A DNA stretch of 64,000 nucleotides from Potamilus streckersoni (lineage: Eukaryota). The notes beneath the pieces were generated by a model. That model worked only from the letters and a program-made list of their open reading frames with translations. It ran no database searches and was not told the DNA's origin. The stretch lies in contig JAEAOA010001935.1 in the NCBI GenBank assembly GCA_016746295.1, positions 356,430 to 420,429 on the forward strand. Reading direction: 5' to 3'. The position numbers were made by a program, and so were the translations under genes. Positions within the stretch are counted from its first letter, which is position 1; each line of letters opens with the position of its first letter. Shown here piece by piece: positions 12,680-24,959 of the stretch.

Positions 12680-12948
12680 GTTGTTGTTATTGTTGATGTT
12701 GTTGGGCTTAACGCCATTTTTCAGCACACGATAGGCTATTCATGGCGGCCAGTATTAATGGTGGAGGGAAGACCGGTAAATCACCGGAAAGAACCACCGA
12801 CCCACGAGAAGCTACTGGCAAGCTTTCTCACATATCTACATTAGCCGAATCCTAGACTCGAACACACGCAGAGGTGAGATGGCAGTGATCCGTAATGGAC
12901 GGCACTTTAGACCACTCGGCCACTTGAGGCCCCCAATCAGTTATGAAA
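12680..12948 (-). mobile_element. tRNA-derived SINE, family B (~265 bp, (CAA)n-type tail on minus strand) with an 11-bp target-site duplication aatcagttatg
   Basis: Minus-strand head gggggcctcaagtggccgagtggtctaaagtgc...ggttcgagtctagga is tRNA-like; direct repeat aatcagttatg at 12669-12679 and 12950-12960; further copies at 39835-40068 and 45100-45350. Confidence 0.75.
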
Positions 12949-13782
12949 ATTGTCGGCTTTCAGTTAATTGCCATTTCCTGTGTGCGCGAGTTGATACCAG
13001 TGTGTTTGTTTTGCAAATGCGGGTCATTAGAACCTCATGAATATTATTGAGAATTTGAACTCTGAATTGAGAATGAATAACGTTTCCAATGGTGTTTTGA
13101 AAATTTGCATATGATGACCCTGAGCTGAGAAAATAGTCCCTAAAGTCTCACTAATTTTTTTCAACTCACGAACATTATACTTACATTTTCAATATACCAT
13201 TAGAAAATACACATTCTACACTTTCTTTTGGTTCCAAATTTGTTTTTTGGAACATATATTTAAGTACCGGCATTTAATTTTGAAAGTACGCAATTTACAA
13301 GTTGACCTCTATAAGACACATGCACAAGGTCGCCATATTGGATCCACGAGGATAAACATAACTTCAATGTGAATAATCGGCGATCACAAGACAAATGCTG
13401 TGATATATGTACACTGTTAGAGTGTTCTGTATCGATAAGTAATTATTTTATATTTATTAAATATTTTGTGAAATATAGTGTAAAATGTATCATATAAAAA
13501 AAATGATTGTCCTGATGTTGACGTATATGTAGATTTCACGGGTTTACTCTTGAATTATTTTATGTTAGTTCTCTTCTTCAAAACTTTTATCTAAATACAA
13601 ATTAATGTCAAATTGTATGCAAATGATGTTTTAACATTTAAAAACAAAATGGCATATCTGTAAATGAAATTTAAACAAATTACTTGCACATATAGGTAGT
13701 ACGAATAGAGAATGAAAACTTTTTTTACAGATCTACATTTCGTACCATGATAAAGTACTGCTCAGCAATTTTATAAGATGAA

Positions 13783-14302
13783 CCAAAGGAGTCTGCAGTT
13801 TTATCAATAAAGCACGACAAAATTTCTAACATGAAATCACCTTTACATTAACAAGGCCTATAACTCAATCCAAAACAGTTGGTGAGATGAAACCAAAAAT
13901 AAGGCATATGTAGGTTTACTAGATAGTGTTCATACTAAACTGCATTAGAATCTGTTGAATGCATTTTTGAGCTCTGAAGATCGCTCACTGTGAGGAAGTG
14001 ATGAACTCTCTGGATATGATAGTTAAGACAATCCAAATGTGACTGGAGCCCATCAAAATAACTGAAGCATTCCTGAGAAATGGAGATGATTCTGACCTTT
14101 CTCAAATTTTGACACCATCGCTCACTAAAAAACAAAAGCTGCTCCATTTCATGAGCAATGGTGGCAAGTCAGTGATGTCATGGTTGACTATGACCACAGA
14201 CAGTGTCCAGAGTCTGTTGTTTGGTTAATTATAATACCGTAAAGGTGACTTCATGTCAGAAATTTTGTCATGCTTTATTGATAAAACTGCAGACTCCTGT
14301 GG
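13783..14302. mobile_element. MITE-like element (~520 bp) with ~60-bp perfect terminal inverted repeats (CCA(A/C)AGGAGTCTGCAGTTTTATCAATAAAGC...) and a 7-bp target-site duplication GATGAAC
   Basis: 13784-13850 is the reverse complement of 14232-14302; flanks ...aaGATGAAC|ccaaagg and ctcctgtg|GATGAACta; interior is a mosaic of blocks found at 11520-11800 and 20950-21110. Confidence 0.65.
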
Positions 14303-15949
14303 ATGAACTATGTCTTTTTAAATATATATATATAGTTTTTTAACTATTCCTAAAACTATTTTGTTTTTTTTTATTGCCAGTTCAGAAATAGGCGATTATC
14401 CTGGACCTTACTGCCAAAATTGCAGGCATCAGTGTTGTTACAATATCATCAAAATCTTGTATAAATATTGACAGTCAACTGGAATTGTGATAGAAATTTT
14501 CAACTTTTATAAGAAAAATAATCGTACATTTGCTGAATTTTGCTGATTTTGGATGTCAGTGGACATTCTCAGAGCATAGAAAATTTGATGAACTGTTTAC
14601 AATTTATGCCAATGTTTTCTTCTGAATTAAATGATGTGTTAACAAATATCTTGTTCAGTATCTCAATTGTCTGGTAGAAGAAAATTTTATTTTTTAACAC
14701 CTTATATTCTTCCCTACACTGAAAATAGTGGACATTGTTTAATTTACTGCAGATATTTGAATTCTACAGGCAAAATTCTATAAGACTGCCAAGTTTCATG
14801 GAGATATCTTGTTTAGATCAAAAGTTATGATAGAAATACTTATTTTATTAAATGTGTCAGGTCCGTGACTCAGAAGAATTAAACATACATTTATATAAGG
14901 CAAAAATTCAGCGAAAAGCCACTTTTTGCCAGTATTCAAATAGTCATAACTTTTTAACTAATCATCATATTAAAAAAATTAAAACTGTTCTGAAAAGGTC
15001 TAAATGAGCTCTATAAGAATCAACCATTAAAATGCAAATATGTTGACTTTGTAATTTTGACTGGGGTTGCTATTAGAATGGAAGTAAATTGGAATTATAA
15101 GGATTAAATGATCATGGTTGGGTATTTATTGAAGTGTAAATTTTACCTAATCACTTTCATCTGTGAGTGGATGGGTAAAATCTACACATCAATAAATGCT
15201 TAACTATGATCATTTAATCCTAGAATAAATAAAAGACCTTACCACCTGGCCTTTCGTACAGATTTAAAAAAAAAAAACATACCGCCTGCTCACTTGGCCA
15301 TATGTTAAAATGAGTTATAATGAGGGAATTTTCTAAATACATGAGGGATTAATGAACAAATAAATAGACTTAAAATATAATTAGCAATTTTAGTGCATAT
15401 TGCTGATTCGGAAATCAGCCTAATTTCACAATCTTACATTCTATAACACATCCTGTATTAGAAATACTTTACCAATGGATGTGAAATAAGTTCTATATAC
15501 CTTTTTGCATGTCACAAGGAGACTAATGGAAGCAATGTGATGTATTGAAAGATGATGTTCCAGTTAGAAAGATCATGGACTTTTTAGAAGAGAATGGTTT
15601 ATATTTAATTTACATTTTATTTAATTTTTTTAATTTGCATTTTAAGGATTTCATTCTCTATTGGCTTTATGTTTGTTTTGTGGGATTTTTTTTGGAGGGG
15701 ATGCCTAAACTAACTTGTTACTGTATAGTCAGGACTGTGCTGATGTGCCATTAAACCATACATACATATATAAACAAACACTGACATTTAAAGAAAATAT
15801 AGATTTAGATTTGTGACTTACACAAACAAAGCATTTTAAAACTTTTGATCATGCTGCAAATATTGAAATTGTGGTACCTACATCAAGCTGATTTTCAATG
15901 TAAACAAAAAAATCAGAAATGCAAAGCAACTTATATATGCAAGTTTTAC

Positions 15950-16127
15950 CTCTCATAAACCTTGTATGCACAGTATTTGCACCGAAATCTAGGTTGTGCA
16001 TGATACTTTATGACATGTTGATATACAACGATGTACGAGTGGTAAGTTTCTCTGCACACCACACACTCATAACCTTTGGGAGTTTGCCTGAACAAATGAG
16101 CAACGCTTGTGTATATTTTAGATCCTT
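15950..16127 (-). CDS. Internal coding exon (minus strand) with a C2H2 zinc finger: (K)GSKIYTSVAHLFRQTPKGYECVVCRETYHSYIVVYQHVIKYHAQPRFRCKYCAYKVYE(R)
   Basis: Acceptor tttttgtttttcag|AA and donor GAGAG|gtaaaact; C-x2-C-x12-H-x4-H motif; starts with 2 nt that complete A|AA (Lys) after exon 23560-23166; ends with AG, completed to AGG by exon 9638-9379. Confidence 0.6.
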
Positions 16128-16614
16128 CTGAAAAACAAAAATACATTAAGTGATTGTATATCTTGTATGTATCACTAGTGGAACTGAGCAGCAAAATGTT
16201 AGTACATTTGCTTTAAAAACTGCTGGCCCCAGTTCATCCCTTATCCTGTAGTCAGGATATGGACTAAGCACAAGAAATGAACTCGCAAATTTCAAAATCT
16301 CTGATCTTCAATTTCACTTAGAATAAGATTTTAAATGTCCGATATTGTACATTCATCCCTTTTATTTGTATTGTTTCATGCATGCCAAGTGTTAATGATA
16401 TTGCTAGACTCCATGACCATTAAAATTTTGTTTTTAAATTGTGAACTTGAGTCCAAATTCAATGTGTGTGCTCAGTGAATTTTCCTGATAAGTCTCATAT
16501 TAACATATGCTGGTAGTAATGATTGCCCATCCAACATTATGGATTCCTCCCGATACTCAGGTTTCTTCCACCTTATTCCATCCCAATATGAGCCACTGAC
16601 ATCATGCATTACAA

Positions 16615-17102
16615 CAGGGGTCTCAAACAAGCAGGCAGCATGCTGCCCACTAAGCTGTATCCTGTGGCCCATGAGGTAACAAAGCTGTATCCTGTGGCCC
16701 ATGAGATAACAAAGCTGTATCCTGTGGCCCATAAGAGATAACAAAGCTGTATTATGCTGCCTATGAGAGATAACAAAGCTGTATAATGTGGCCCATGAGA
16801 GATAACAAAGCTGTATCCTGTGGCCCATGAGAGATAACAAAGCTATATCCTGTGGCCCATGAGAGATAACAAAGCTGTATCCTGTGGCCCATGAGATAAC
16901 AAAGCTGTATCATGCAGCCCATGAGAGATAACAAAGCTGTATCCTGTGGCCCATGAGAGATAACAAAGCTATATCCTGTGGCCCATGAGAGATAACAAAG
17001 CTGTATCCTGTGGCCCATGAGGGAAAAAAAGGTGCTGCAACCCTTCGGCAATCAAAAATGCCTTCATGCAGCCCTCAGGGTGCTTTGAGTTTGAGACACC
17101 TG
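16615..17102. mobile_element. MITE-like element with hAT-like termini (CAGG(G/T)GTCTCAAAC) whose interior is a ~36-38-bp tandem array (gagataacaaagctgtatcctgtggcccat), about 10 copies
   Basis: caggggtctcaaac at 16615-16628 vs the reverse complement of gtttgagacacctg at 17089-17102; imperfect (T)GCATTA-type flanks; internal periodic array. Confidence 0.5.
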
Positions 17103-17384
17103 CATTATACTGTTACCTGTTATAAATTAAAATATATCAAGGACATAAGTCTTACAAATTGACATAAAATTAACATGATATAATTACAGTACTGCTTATG
17201 AAGTTATCCTAAAATTTGTCAGCTGGTGGAGCACCAAGTCCAAGAGACAGGGTCACATGTAAAACTCCAGACTGCAAACACATAAATGCCATTAAACTCA
17301 TAACTGATTTTGTGTCTGTTTATGACAGAACATGATTTTTTGTAAGGGCCAGTTTATTACAACAGATAGCAATTTGAAAGAGTA

Positions 17385-17760
17385 TCATATGAATATAAAT
17401 GACAGTATCACAATGTGTATTGACACTTATTACTAGCAAGTTGTCCATTTTGAAAGAGTATCATTTGAATATAAATGACAGTATCACAATGTGTATTGAC
17501 ACTTATTACTAGCAAGTTGTCCATTTTGAAAGAGTATCATTTGAATATAAATGACAGTATCACAATGTGTATTGACACTTATTACTAGCAAGTTGTCCAT
17601 TTTGAAAGAGTATCATTTGAATATAAATGACAGTATCACAATGTGTATTGACACTTATTACTAGCAAGTTGTCCATTTTGAAAGAGTATCATTTGAATAT
17701 AAATGACAGTATCACAATGTGTATTTACATTTATTACTAGCAAGTTGTCCATTTTGAAAA
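17385..17760. repeat. ~76-bp tandem repeat (gaaagagtatcatttgaatataaatgacagtatcacaatgtgtattgacacttattactagcaagttgtccatttt), about 5 copies
   Basis: Visible periodicity of about 76-77 bp. Confidence 0.85.
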
Positions 17761-19339
17761 TTCATCCAATACAATATATCCACTAGCGTTTCTGTGCTTC
17801 TAAGGTTTATAGTAATAACTGCAAGCCATTTTTTGCCTGGGGGGTAAAAAAAGAGGATTGTGTGTATGGCCAATTACGAGATGAGTGTTTGCACCTTAAG
17901 AATAAGTAACGAAGAGCTTGTGTGGAAAATGATGTTAACATATGAAATCACAGGTAGTCCTCCAGACTAACTCATGCTATCAAAATATTTTTGATACAAC
18001 AATTGATCAATTTCACCCTCTTCCTTGCATTTCAAGTAAAAGTGAGACCACACAGTACCCCAAGGACTTCTAAACCAACATATTTAAGAATGAACCTATT
18101 TTTAAAGCAACCACCTGTCTTCAGAGACATTAATTATTAATCATTTCCCTGAGATGGAAAGTGTGCTGAAAATGATTCTTGACTGCCAATGGAAATTCTA
18201 ACAGAAAAGTCAGAGCTTCATTAATAAGAGTCACCCAAAGGAATTGATGTTCTACTGACTGAACAGGTTTTCTATTCAACAAAAAGGCCATTTCTTCCTT
18301 AGATTGGTTAGATCTTTTTTACAAGTTTACAATTACCCATACAAGTATATCTCCACTCTTTTTGATGTGTTGTGGGTTCTAATAGCATCTGTCGCAAATG
18401 CTGAGAATATTTCTACCACATTTTTTGGATTAGAACCTATGAAACTGTTTTTCACTTGTCAATCAAAAGTTTGAACACTCTTACCAATTTGGCCACGGTG
18501 TATATGCAATGAAATAATCTATGAGCATGTGCTTGCTCAACAGACAGACATTAAATATACACATGCATTTAGACTATAAATTATTTATCAATTTTTTATG
18601 TTTTATGCAAATAGGTGAATTTCTCCACAAAGAGTATAATAATCAATTTTACCTGAAAATTCAAGCGAGTTATATTGCATAGGTATTTTTAGCACAATCA
18701 CATGACCTCGTGAAAACCCCTGCATGTTATTAATAACATTGGTATTTTTAGTGCAATCATGAGACAGCAGGTATGGTTAAACGAGGAGTAGCATCGCACA
18801 ATTCACTGAAAAATTATGTTACATTATTGTAATAATAACCCTGTGTATCATCTGACTTAGTGATCTGTAATTAAATCATTGTTGTAAGGAGTAATTCTAT
18901 GCTTACTATGAAATCTCACAATTAAATTTGCTCAACAATGACTAGATGTAATTAAGAAATATCTTTTAATCCATGATTCTGTAAAACAGCAACTGCAAGA
19001 AAACCAGGATGCTCATGTGGAATTTACAGAACTGTAATTTAAGCCAATTGTAGAACCAAGCAAAACAATTGCTGTTGCAATTAAGGCAACACATAAAACT
19101 ACCTGCTGATACTGCCAGCCGTCTGCATCCTCTCCCACCAGTCTGGCCATAACCCAAAATTCAACTACCACCACCAGCACCACACTTTTATACAGACATG
19201 ATGGATAAATTTACTAAGGAAGGTATTGCTACTATTGGTGATGAATACCAAATACATTGCTGCAGTTTGATGGCAGGAAAAAGAAAATTATATGAAACCT
19301 GAAAAGTGTAGCTCATGCTCACTGGAGTAAAATTGGATT

Positions 19340-19400
<61 letters not shown>
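19340..19400. repeat. (CA)n microsatellite, about 30 units
   Basis: Direct read. Confidence 0.95.
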
Positions 19401-19401
<1 letters not shown>

Positions 19402-19499
19402 TAAAGGGAAAAGTCACAAAAGAAATAAAGCGTACCATTAAAAGCTCAAGATGAGTAGGAAAAAACTGTAAACTATAAAAGAACATCTGCCTCTAAGGC

Positions 19500-22400
19500 T
19501 CTCTCCTGTGCCAGATTCATACAGAAAAACCACTCAAATGCAAACCGGAAGTGGCCTTGCCACTTGCGATCAACATTGTCAAAAACAAGGTGGTAATGTA
19601 ATCACTGAATCGCTGCTGACTCAAGATAAATTTTGTCCCAATAACATCCTCGCTAATGTTGTTCAACTAGAAATTCTGATTGGTGGAAGATGAGCCGGCA
19701 ACAATCCTACGAAATCATCAATGAAGCAGTTATTTGATGACCAATGCAGACCTGAAAGCATCAGGGTGATAATTTATGATTACCCATTTATAAAACGATC
19801 TACAGAGATGGACTTGGCAATGTTGTTCAAGGTTTATTTAGAAGGACAGCCCTACAAGCTATTCCAATTGCAAAATAATCAGGTATGAAAGACATCCAAG
19901 TTGTTTCTTAATAAGGCTACTGGCACCTTTGGTAATCTTGCTGGTAAAGCAATCTCGGCATTCAAAGACAGACTCACACAATGTATATGCAGACTGCAAT
20001 CAGTCCGACCACAGCCAGTAAAACTATCCATCAAAGTAAGCATTCCAGTAAAACTGCCTAGCACCGAAGTGATGCTACAAATTGTTAGCAAATAAATCTA
20101 GCTGTAAATAAGCGGTTGAAAGAATTAGCTGGAGTGCCATTACCAACGAAACAACAAGAAGCTGCTGAGAGAGAAAAAGGAAATAGCAGCAAAGTCTAAT
20201 AGTGGTAAGTGGTCTGGCTTGATGGATGTTGCAGACAACGAATATAAAAAAAATGTTCAAACATCTGATCCAGCATCTGAAAAGGATTTTTGATGCGCAT
20301 GGATGAGTGATTATCAGTATTATTTTTATGATGCGCATGGATGAGTGATTATCAGTATTATTTTTATGATGCGCATGGATGAGTGATTATCAGTATTATT
20401 TTTATGATGTGCATGGATGAATTGAGCTACAAGATACAAGCAGATATTTCCCACACACTAAGGCATTCACAGAGATTGAAGGAAAACTTTTAAAATTAGA
20501 TGGCATAGCATATGGAATTGGCGATCAAGTTGGTTTTGTTAATAATGGTGTTATGGCATTGTTTATAAGTGCCACATATGTCATTGACATAAAAAACATT
20601 GAATCATATCTCAACGCTACCAGGATGATACTCGACCTCGCAAGGTATTCCGATGATTATTCAAGGTGCACTGGTTTGTCAATGATATTTGCCAAAGATA
20701 CCACTTGTCACTGAAAGCGGCTGGAACTGAAGCTGCATCGAAGAATAAACATTTCAACTTGAAAATCGCAGCACAATGATCAATGTTAAATGGTGAAAAG
20801 AAATTTTCTTGCGTAATTCTGCTATCACATATTTTTGGGTTCTGCAGACATGTTAGAAAAGTTTTTTCGGTGCTAAACACAGTTATACTATCTCAAAACG
20901 CCAGACAACAATGCAATCTAGCAGTTAATTCTGGTAAAAGGAGACTGACAAAAATTTCATTGGGGATGCCAATTTTGACACCATCACTCACTGAAAAACA
21001 AAAGCTGCTCCATTTCATGAGCAATGGTGGCAAGTCAGTGATGTCATGGTTGACTATGACCACAGACAGTGTCCAGAGTACTGTTGTTCGGTTAATTATA
21101 TAGCTGATATCGTAGCAGGGAGTGTAAGTACCATGACATATATTTATAGTGTTTGAGGAAACTGCTAGAGTAAATTCACAAGAGCAAACCCCATAGTGTT
21201 TGATACTCTCGGAGTTAGTGAAGTTTCTCTGAGAATAAACTGACACCATGAACCATCCAAAGAAAAGTTACTGAATTTTGAAAGGAATTATGTTTCACAT
21301 GCATATCATCGGTTGATGTCTTTCATAGGGCATGATCTGAATGGTAATCCAGTGTCATTTCTCAATGCTGTATCCAATCTAGTATCACTGGAACACTTGG
21401 ATTTGTTTAGACAATCCGTTGCTAATATGCACTTTCAAGCTCATGTAGCACAATTACCAGCTGGTGGTTACAGAGCAATCACTGTTATATTGTCATATTG
21501 TTAGACAAATCAATGTTGCTTGAAGGTGTTGGGGAATGAATGAGAATGATTGATGCATCCGTTAAAAACATAACATGTAGATGGTTTCTCAACATGTAAA
21601 TTTTTTCCTTACATGTGAGTGCTTTCCAAACATGTAATTGGATCACAAGCGATCTGCAATTAGATCACTCATGATATTAGGTCATATCATCACTTCAATG
21701 TTATTCTGACACCTGGTCAGATTAAAAAACTTAATCCAAATCAAAGAATTTTGTGGCAAAAATAACTCTGAAATAAGTAGGGCCAAATACATTATCATTG
21801 ACTGAACGTCAATTCAAACACTACAATGATGCAAAGAAATCAAAAACTGGCATTAGACTTGATCATTCTGTGAATTCAATAACACAACAAAAACTGGCGG
21901 TATATTTCTGTTTCTAGCAGTGTTACCATCGCTAATTGCAGTAGTGGCTTCAGCTGTTACAAAAGCAGCTGCCTTTTGCCGCTGAAACAGCTGCTGGTAT
22001 GGCACTGAAAAAAAAATCAACATGACAGGATATAAAGACCTAAAATTAAATGGGACATGGTCTAAGACTACCAGGAACTCAATCCAGCTCAGTGATTAAA
22101 TATAAAAACACTTGAGGTATATTATGCGTGATCAAATACCAGAAAAACCAAGCAGAATTGAAACAGGTATCATTAACCTTGATGGACATTCTGGTCCAGG
22201 TACTCATTGAGTTGCATATGATGTTGATCCACATACAATTATTTTGATTCATATGGATTAACACTACCCTGAGAATTTTTATGGTTTAGTGGCTTAGCCA
22301 GTGACACCAATCTGATGTTCAACATTACCAACATAGACAGCAACGGATCCACCAATATGTGTTCCTGAAGTGCTTGCAGTACTTAATGCTGTATAAGTGC

Positions 22401-22850
22401 TTCATCATCAAGTATACTACATATCGTTTGAAATAGGTTAATGGCTTATAATGGCAGATATTTATGGAAGACCTGTTAGAGGCAAGTCACAGGGTGATAT
22501 TGATTTATCCAAATATGCAATAAGAGATGAACTTGCTGATCTTTTGCATGTCACTGACGTTGATCAAAATGAAATTGTTGTTTTTCATGATCAGCAAAGA
22601 CGGTTAAAGATATCCTGTTGACAGATGTTCTTCTGACTTCAAGGTGATTTTTACTAAACCTGGTAAAATTAAAAGATTGTGGAATCCAATTCTAACACTC
22701 ATGGAAGAGATTGCTGGATGTGTTAGAAGAATTGGAGACAATATGAATGGTGATCTCAACATGAGCAGAAATACAATTATCAATGTGAGTGAACCAAAAT
22801 CAAACGATTCCATGGCAACAAAATAATTATGTGGACAGTAACATTTCCAC
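19500..22850 (+). pseudogene. Degenerate plus-strand protein-coding remnant of unknown origin. Protein-like segments sit in shifting frames (e.g. FTEIEGKLLKLDGIAYGIGDQVGFVNNGVMALFISATYVIDIKNIESYLNATRMILDLARYSDDYSRCTGLSMIFAKDTT; MRDQIPEKPSRIETGIINLDGHSGPGTHWVAYDVDPHTIILIHMD; MADIYGRPVRGKSQGDIDLSKYAIRDELADLLHVTDVDQNEIVVFHDQQRRLKIS). It may be a decayed virus-like or large DNA-transposon (Polinton-like) gene set
   Basis: Many mid-size ORFs with non-low-complexity composition, all on the plus strand but in different frames and separated by stops; the G-x-G-T-H-W-V-A-Y segment resembles the His-box of adenain-type cysteine proteases; no contiguous ORF. Confidence 0.3.
20282..20420. repeat. 41-bp tandem repeat (gatgcgcatggatgagtgattatcagtattatttttat), about 3.5 copies
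   Basis: Direct read. Confidence 0.85.
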
Positions 22851-22954
22851 AATCAAAAATAAAAATAGTAAATGTATGACAGTGATCTCATTCAAGAGCG
22901 CTTTTAAAACTCATCTGTTTCAACTGTAAGAACAGACTTAAAAGACCTAATAAT

Positions 22955-23105
22955 GCTTCCTTACCTTAAATATTTACAGCATGTTTTCTGTTTTCTAATT
23001 TCATGACGTTTGTTTTTATTTTTGTAATCATATCATAATATGTTTTTTACATGTTAAATGTTGTAAAGTGCCTAGAACTTTTATTAAATGTTTAGGTGCT
23101 ATACA

Positions 23106-23147
<42 letters not shown>

Positions 23148-23150
23148 GAA
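22955..23150 (+). mobile_element. Second 3'-end fragment of the CR1/L2-like LINE family with an (ATT)n tail (23107-23147)
   Basis: Collinear with 1252-1458; terminal ATT microsatellite. Confidence 0.5.
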
Positions 23151-23165
23151 TTATCAATGCCTTAC

Positions 23166-23560
23166 TTGGTTCTTCTGGCTTGACGACAGTTGCCCTGTTT
23201 GATGCCTTTTGCCTTTCTTCAGAAGTTTGTCTCACTGCATTTCCTGAAGACTGTTGCTTCTCTTCCAACGTTTGTCTCAATGCACTGCCTGTTGACTTTC
23301 GTCTTTCTTCATTAGAAATATCTGATGTTCGTCTGACTGCAATATCAGACTTTCGTTTTTCTTCACGAGAATGATCATATATTCGTCTGAACGCACTGCT
23401 TGATGATGGTTGTTTCTCTTCTGATTTGTGTCTAACAGCACTTTCAGATGACTTGCGCATTTCTTTATGAGAATGATCAAATGTTTGTTTCACTGTACTG
23501 TCAGATGACGGCTGTCTTTCTTCAACAGAATAATCTGAAGATCGTCTCTGCGTACTGCTT
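23166..23560 (-). CDS. Internal coding exon (minus strand) encoding a Ser/Arg/Glu-rich segment of degenerate ~19-aa repeats: ...SAVRHKSEEKQPSSSSAFRRIYDHSREEKRKSDIAVRRTSDISNEERRKSTGSALRQTLEEKQQSSGNAVRQTSEERQKASNRATVVKPEEP
   Basis: Acceptor tttttcttggtacag|A and donor CCAA|gtaaggc; 395 nt open in one frame (1+393+1); begins with 1 nt that completes AG|A (Arg) after exon 36120-35862; underlying DNA is a degenerate ~57-bp tandem repeat. Confidence 0.55.
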
Positions 23561-23799
23561 CTGTACCAAGAAAAATTATTAATCTCCTATGACAAGGATA
23601 AAAACAATATATGTAAACAAAAACAAGAAAATTGTGATTAAAAAAATGGAACCTCATAAACTATAGTAAAAGTTACATGGACCTTGTATGCATATTTACT
23701 CATTTTAAATTAAACACTAATTTTCTTGAACCAAAGTCTATTAAATCCTGATTTTTGAATGCTCTGCACCTCAAATGTCATCAAGAAACTTCCAAACAA

Positions 23800-24310
23800 A
23801 AACTACTAATAGCTATAGTTTACAATGGTGACTATGTAGTTTACAATGTACTAAGTATAGCTATAGTTTACAATGGTGACCATGTACTAAGTATAACTAT
23901 AGTTTACAATGGTGACCATGTACTAAGTATAGCTATAGTTTACAATGGTGACCATGTACTAAGTATAGATATAGTTTACAATGGTGACCATGTACTAAGT
24001 ATAGCTGTAGTTTACAATGGTGACCATGTACTAAGAATATAGTTTACAATGGTGACCATGTACTAAGTATAGCTAGTTTACAATGGTGACCATGTACTAA
24101 GTATAGCTATAGTTTACAATGGTGACCATGTACTAAGTATAGCTATAGTTTACAATGGTGACCGTGTACTAAGTATAGCTATAGTTTACAATGGTGACCA
24201 TGTTTTAAGTATAGCTATAGTTTACAATGGTGACCATGTACTAAGTATAGCTATAGTTTACAATGGTGACCATGTACTAAGTATAGCTATAGTTTACAAT
24301 GGTGACCATG
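23800..24310. repeat. 36-bp minisatellite (ctaagtatagctatagtttacaatggtgaccatgta), about 14 copies
   Basis: Exact 36-bp period. Confidence 0.9.
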
Positions 24311-24631
24311 CACTAAGTTAAGTCATGAAAAGAGTACATCAAGTGAAAATGTCACAATATAAGGTAGTACAAATTGGTTTATCAATATGTCAAGCTATCA
24401 TTGTGACACTACAGTGCATCAATCTGGATTATACAGGATCACTCCTTTAGGTTCATTTCATCCAAAAATGTCTATTTACTTTAACAGTGATTTTGCCATA
24501 TGACTCATGAAGAAGTTTACAGCTAGCTGGATTCTTGGGTTAACAATGTTTACCCTATGTTAATGTTTATTTATGTCTTACTTTATGACTGAGTTTGTCT
24601 TTATTTCTGTTAAACAAAATCCACTAAGTGA

Positions 24632-24959
24632 GTGTGTGTGATTTAGATTTGTAACGTAGCTTTAAAAATTTTTCAGTCATATCACTATGATGTCTGCCAT
24701 ATGACAGTTTATAATGATGTCTAGCACTGCAGCATAATGCTGCAGACATGTGGCATGATGTCCCACCTAGCCACCTGACACCAGGCCAATAAGTTCTAAC
24801 TTAAATCTTTTAATGCTGAGCGCCAAGTGAGGCAGCTGTTAGTACCATTTTTGAAGGTCTTTGGTACAATTAGGCCACGGTTCAAACCCGCGACATTGCA
24901 CATCAGAGGTGGACGTTCTACCTCTAGTCCACAGAAGCGGCCTATAAGTGAAACACCTG
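24632..24959 (-). mobile_element. SINE family A copy (target-site duplication about TAAGTGA)
   Basis: Collinear with the other family A copies; tRNA-like head ...ggccgcttctgtggactagaggtagaacgtccacctctgatgtgcaatgtcgcgggtttgaacc on the minus strand. Confidence 0.7.

Noticed and set aside
16472-17051. Overlapping 122-aa and 96-aa minus-strand ORFs
   Set aside because: Both read through the 36-38-bp tandem array inside the MITE. The peptide (LMGHRIQLCYL…) is periodic, an artefact of the repeat.
23755-24042. 95-aa ORF with repetitive peptide IVYNGDHVLS
   Set aside because: It is a translation of the 36-bp minisatellite.
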